DNA of 64,000 bases from Eledone cirrhosa (Eukaryota): NCBI GenBank assembly GCA_964016885.1, contig OZ024759.1:22630001-22694000 (forward strand), given 5' to 3'. Position 1 is the first letter of the stretch, and each line of letters begins with the position of its first letter. Made by a program: the position numbers and the translations under genes. The notes beneath the pieces were generated by a model that had not been told where the DNA came from, ran no database searches, and was given only the letters and a program-made list of their open reading frames with translations. This document shows, in pieces, positions 62,180-64,000 of the stretch.

Positions 62180-62647
62180 CTCTAGCCCGGAGGCTCATCA
62201 AGTTGTGGTTATCCCAGTTTCCATGATGTTAAGAGCACAAGACTCCCCTTATACTTATAACACTGACACTTAAGAAAGTTAAAATAAGTTACTAATGTGG
62301 AAAGAAAGGACCTTTCATAAACCATCTTCTGTTTATGGATGGCCTGAAACTATTTGGGAAGTCTGAAAAACCAGATAGATTCTTTAGTTAAAACAGTCTT
62401 GGTATGTAGCAGTGAAATCGGTATATCATTTATGAGCACAGGACTCCCCTCTAGACATGACACCAGTCCATCGCAGGGTTAAACCCCCAACTATTGCTGG
62501 TACTCATTTTCAGCTGAGTATACTGGAGCAACGTGAAATGAAGTGCTTTACTCAAGGACGCGATACACAACCGAGTCCAGGAATCGAACCCACGACATTA
62601 TCATCATAAGTCCAACACCCTTACCACTAGGCTACGCGCCTCCACTA
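62180..62647 (-). mobile_element. tRNA-derived SINE family 2, interrupted by an RT fragment
   Basis: Minus-strand head GGAGGCGCGTAGCCTAGTGG (A box)...GGTTCGATTCC (B box); body TCCTTGAGTAAAGCACTT...ACCCTGCGATGGACTGG. Confidence 0.75.
62250..62433 (+). pseudogene. R4/Dong-type reverse transcriptase core fragment
   Basis: INHLLFMDGLKLFGKSEK / QIDSLVKTVLVCSSEIGISF, a degenerate HLLFMDDLKL motif. Confidence 0.7.
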
Positions 62648-63154
62648 TTACACAAACACGTGTACTCTTAACTTAATTTTCAGGGAGATTTGACGTGAAC
62701 TGCATTTCTGAAAATACGAATAAATTTATAATGACGTAGAATGGATCGGCGTCAGTCTCTACGCTGAGGTTTTCAGTTGATTAGATTAACGAGATGACAG
62801 CCTTCTCGGGAACACAAGAGGTAAGTAACTGAGCATTACACAGACACGTGTACTCGTACCTAATTCTCAGGGATACTCAACGTGTGCTGAATTTCTGAGA
62901 ATAGGAATAATTTTGTAATAAAATGGAACGGACTTCCGTCAGTTTAGAGGATGAGTCTGCCGGTTGATTAGATAGATGAATCAGTCTGCTCACGAAAATA
63001 ACAAGTGGCTTGGTATTGCACAATATTGTACCCTTTACCTAGTTCTCAGGGAGATTCAGTATGACGCTGTATGTGCAACAGGAATTACATTAAACAGCGG
63101 AATGGAGTTTTGAATACAAACTGAACAGGTCGAACCGAGCCAGTTAATACAATT

Positions 63155-63815
63155 AATTGTTTCTACTTTTGGAACAAGGCCAGCAATTAACCCAGTACAT
63201 TACTGGTACTTTATTTTATCGACCCTATAAGGATGAAAGGCAAAGTTAACCTCAGCAGGATTTGACATCAGAACGTAAAGGGCTGTAACTCTATGCCGCA
63301 AAACATGATGCCCAACGCTCTACAGATTCTGCTAATCTACCACCCTTTAATAACTGTTTCTACTTTTGGCACAAGGCCAGCAATGATCCCAGTGTATTAC
63401 TGGTACTTTATTTTATCGACCCCATAAGAATGAAAGGCAAAGTTAACCAAGGCGTGATTTAAACTCAGACCGTAAAGGGCCATAACTCTATGCCACTAAA
63501 CATGATGTCCGACGCTTTATTGATTCAGCCAATCCACCACCTTTTAAATGTTTAATATATTGATTTCTAATTTAACACCTTCCATCATCATTTCATCATA
63601 TACAAACTTTGTTAAGTTCCAAACACCAGACATATAGTGATTTCTATTATAGGCACAAGGCCAGCAATTTGGGGAGAGGGGAAAGTTGATTAAATCGACC
63701 ATAGAGCATTACTGGTTCTGTATTTTATCGACCCCGTAAGGATAAAAGGCAAAGCTAACCCCAGCGGGATTTCAACTCAGAATTTAAAGTGCCATAACTC
63801 TATGCTGCAACATGA
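63155..63815 (-). mobile_element. Three SINE family 1 copies
   Basis: Reverse consensus at ~63155-63345, 63350-63540 and 63640-63815. Confidence 0.8.
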
Positions 63816-64000
63816 AGTCCTGCCATCCGATGGGCTTCCAAACAGGTTCCATCTATTCAATTTTACTAATAAGGCCTCGGTCAACGACACTCTTTTAAGA
63901 GGCTACAGTGCGGGATTGAACCCCCTTAACCATTCGACCTGGCTGCGTCCATCCAATTAGTTAAAACACCGCAGTAAATGTTACTCTAAAGTACTGCAGC

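Larger units (their letters stand above)
62015..63075. repeat. Three diverged copies of a ~190-bp SINE-like repeat
   Basis: TTTC.GAGAATA.GAATAA...CGTC..TTT...CAGTTGATTA.AT.AACGAGATGACAGCC...ACAGACACGTGTAC...TTCTCAGGGAGATTCAG at ~62015, ~62705 and ~62893. Confidence 0.7.

Noticed and set aside
62570-62647. tRNA gene
   Set aside because: A and B boxes are present but there is no clear cloverleaf, and it continues into a SINE body.

Overview
Eukaryotic, gene-poor, repeat-saturated animal DNA. An octopod cephalopod origin is my inference from the recalled SINE families and the extreme (TA)n/(CA)n/(GA)n density. No host protein-coding gene can be supported, and almost all ORF-track entries are microsatellite translations. 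Recognisable elements are a 5'-truncated CR1/L2-group LINE with an 811-aa RT ORF (29067-31896), an internally deleted mariner (7649-8523), fragments of L1/Tx1, RTE and R4/Dong LINEs, about 20 copies of a tRNA-derived SINE plus two other SINE-like families, hAT- and piggyBac-type MITEs and several minisatellites. The most interesting layer is RNA-structural. At least eight type I hammerhead ribozyme (HHR) motifs with short, palindromic or near-palindromic stem III occur in short elements, most next to (TA)n tracts. Two lie in retrozyme/Penelope-like direct-repeat units of 591 and 438 bp, one has the covariant U3-A8 core, and four divergent ones share a C-C mismatch at position 4 of stem II. In addition, several families of fold-back elements keep only the 3' half of a hammerhead (long hairpin, GAAA, stem III, NUH), with an inverted duplication where the CUGANGA strand should be. 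All structures were read by eye; catalytic activity and novelty are untested.
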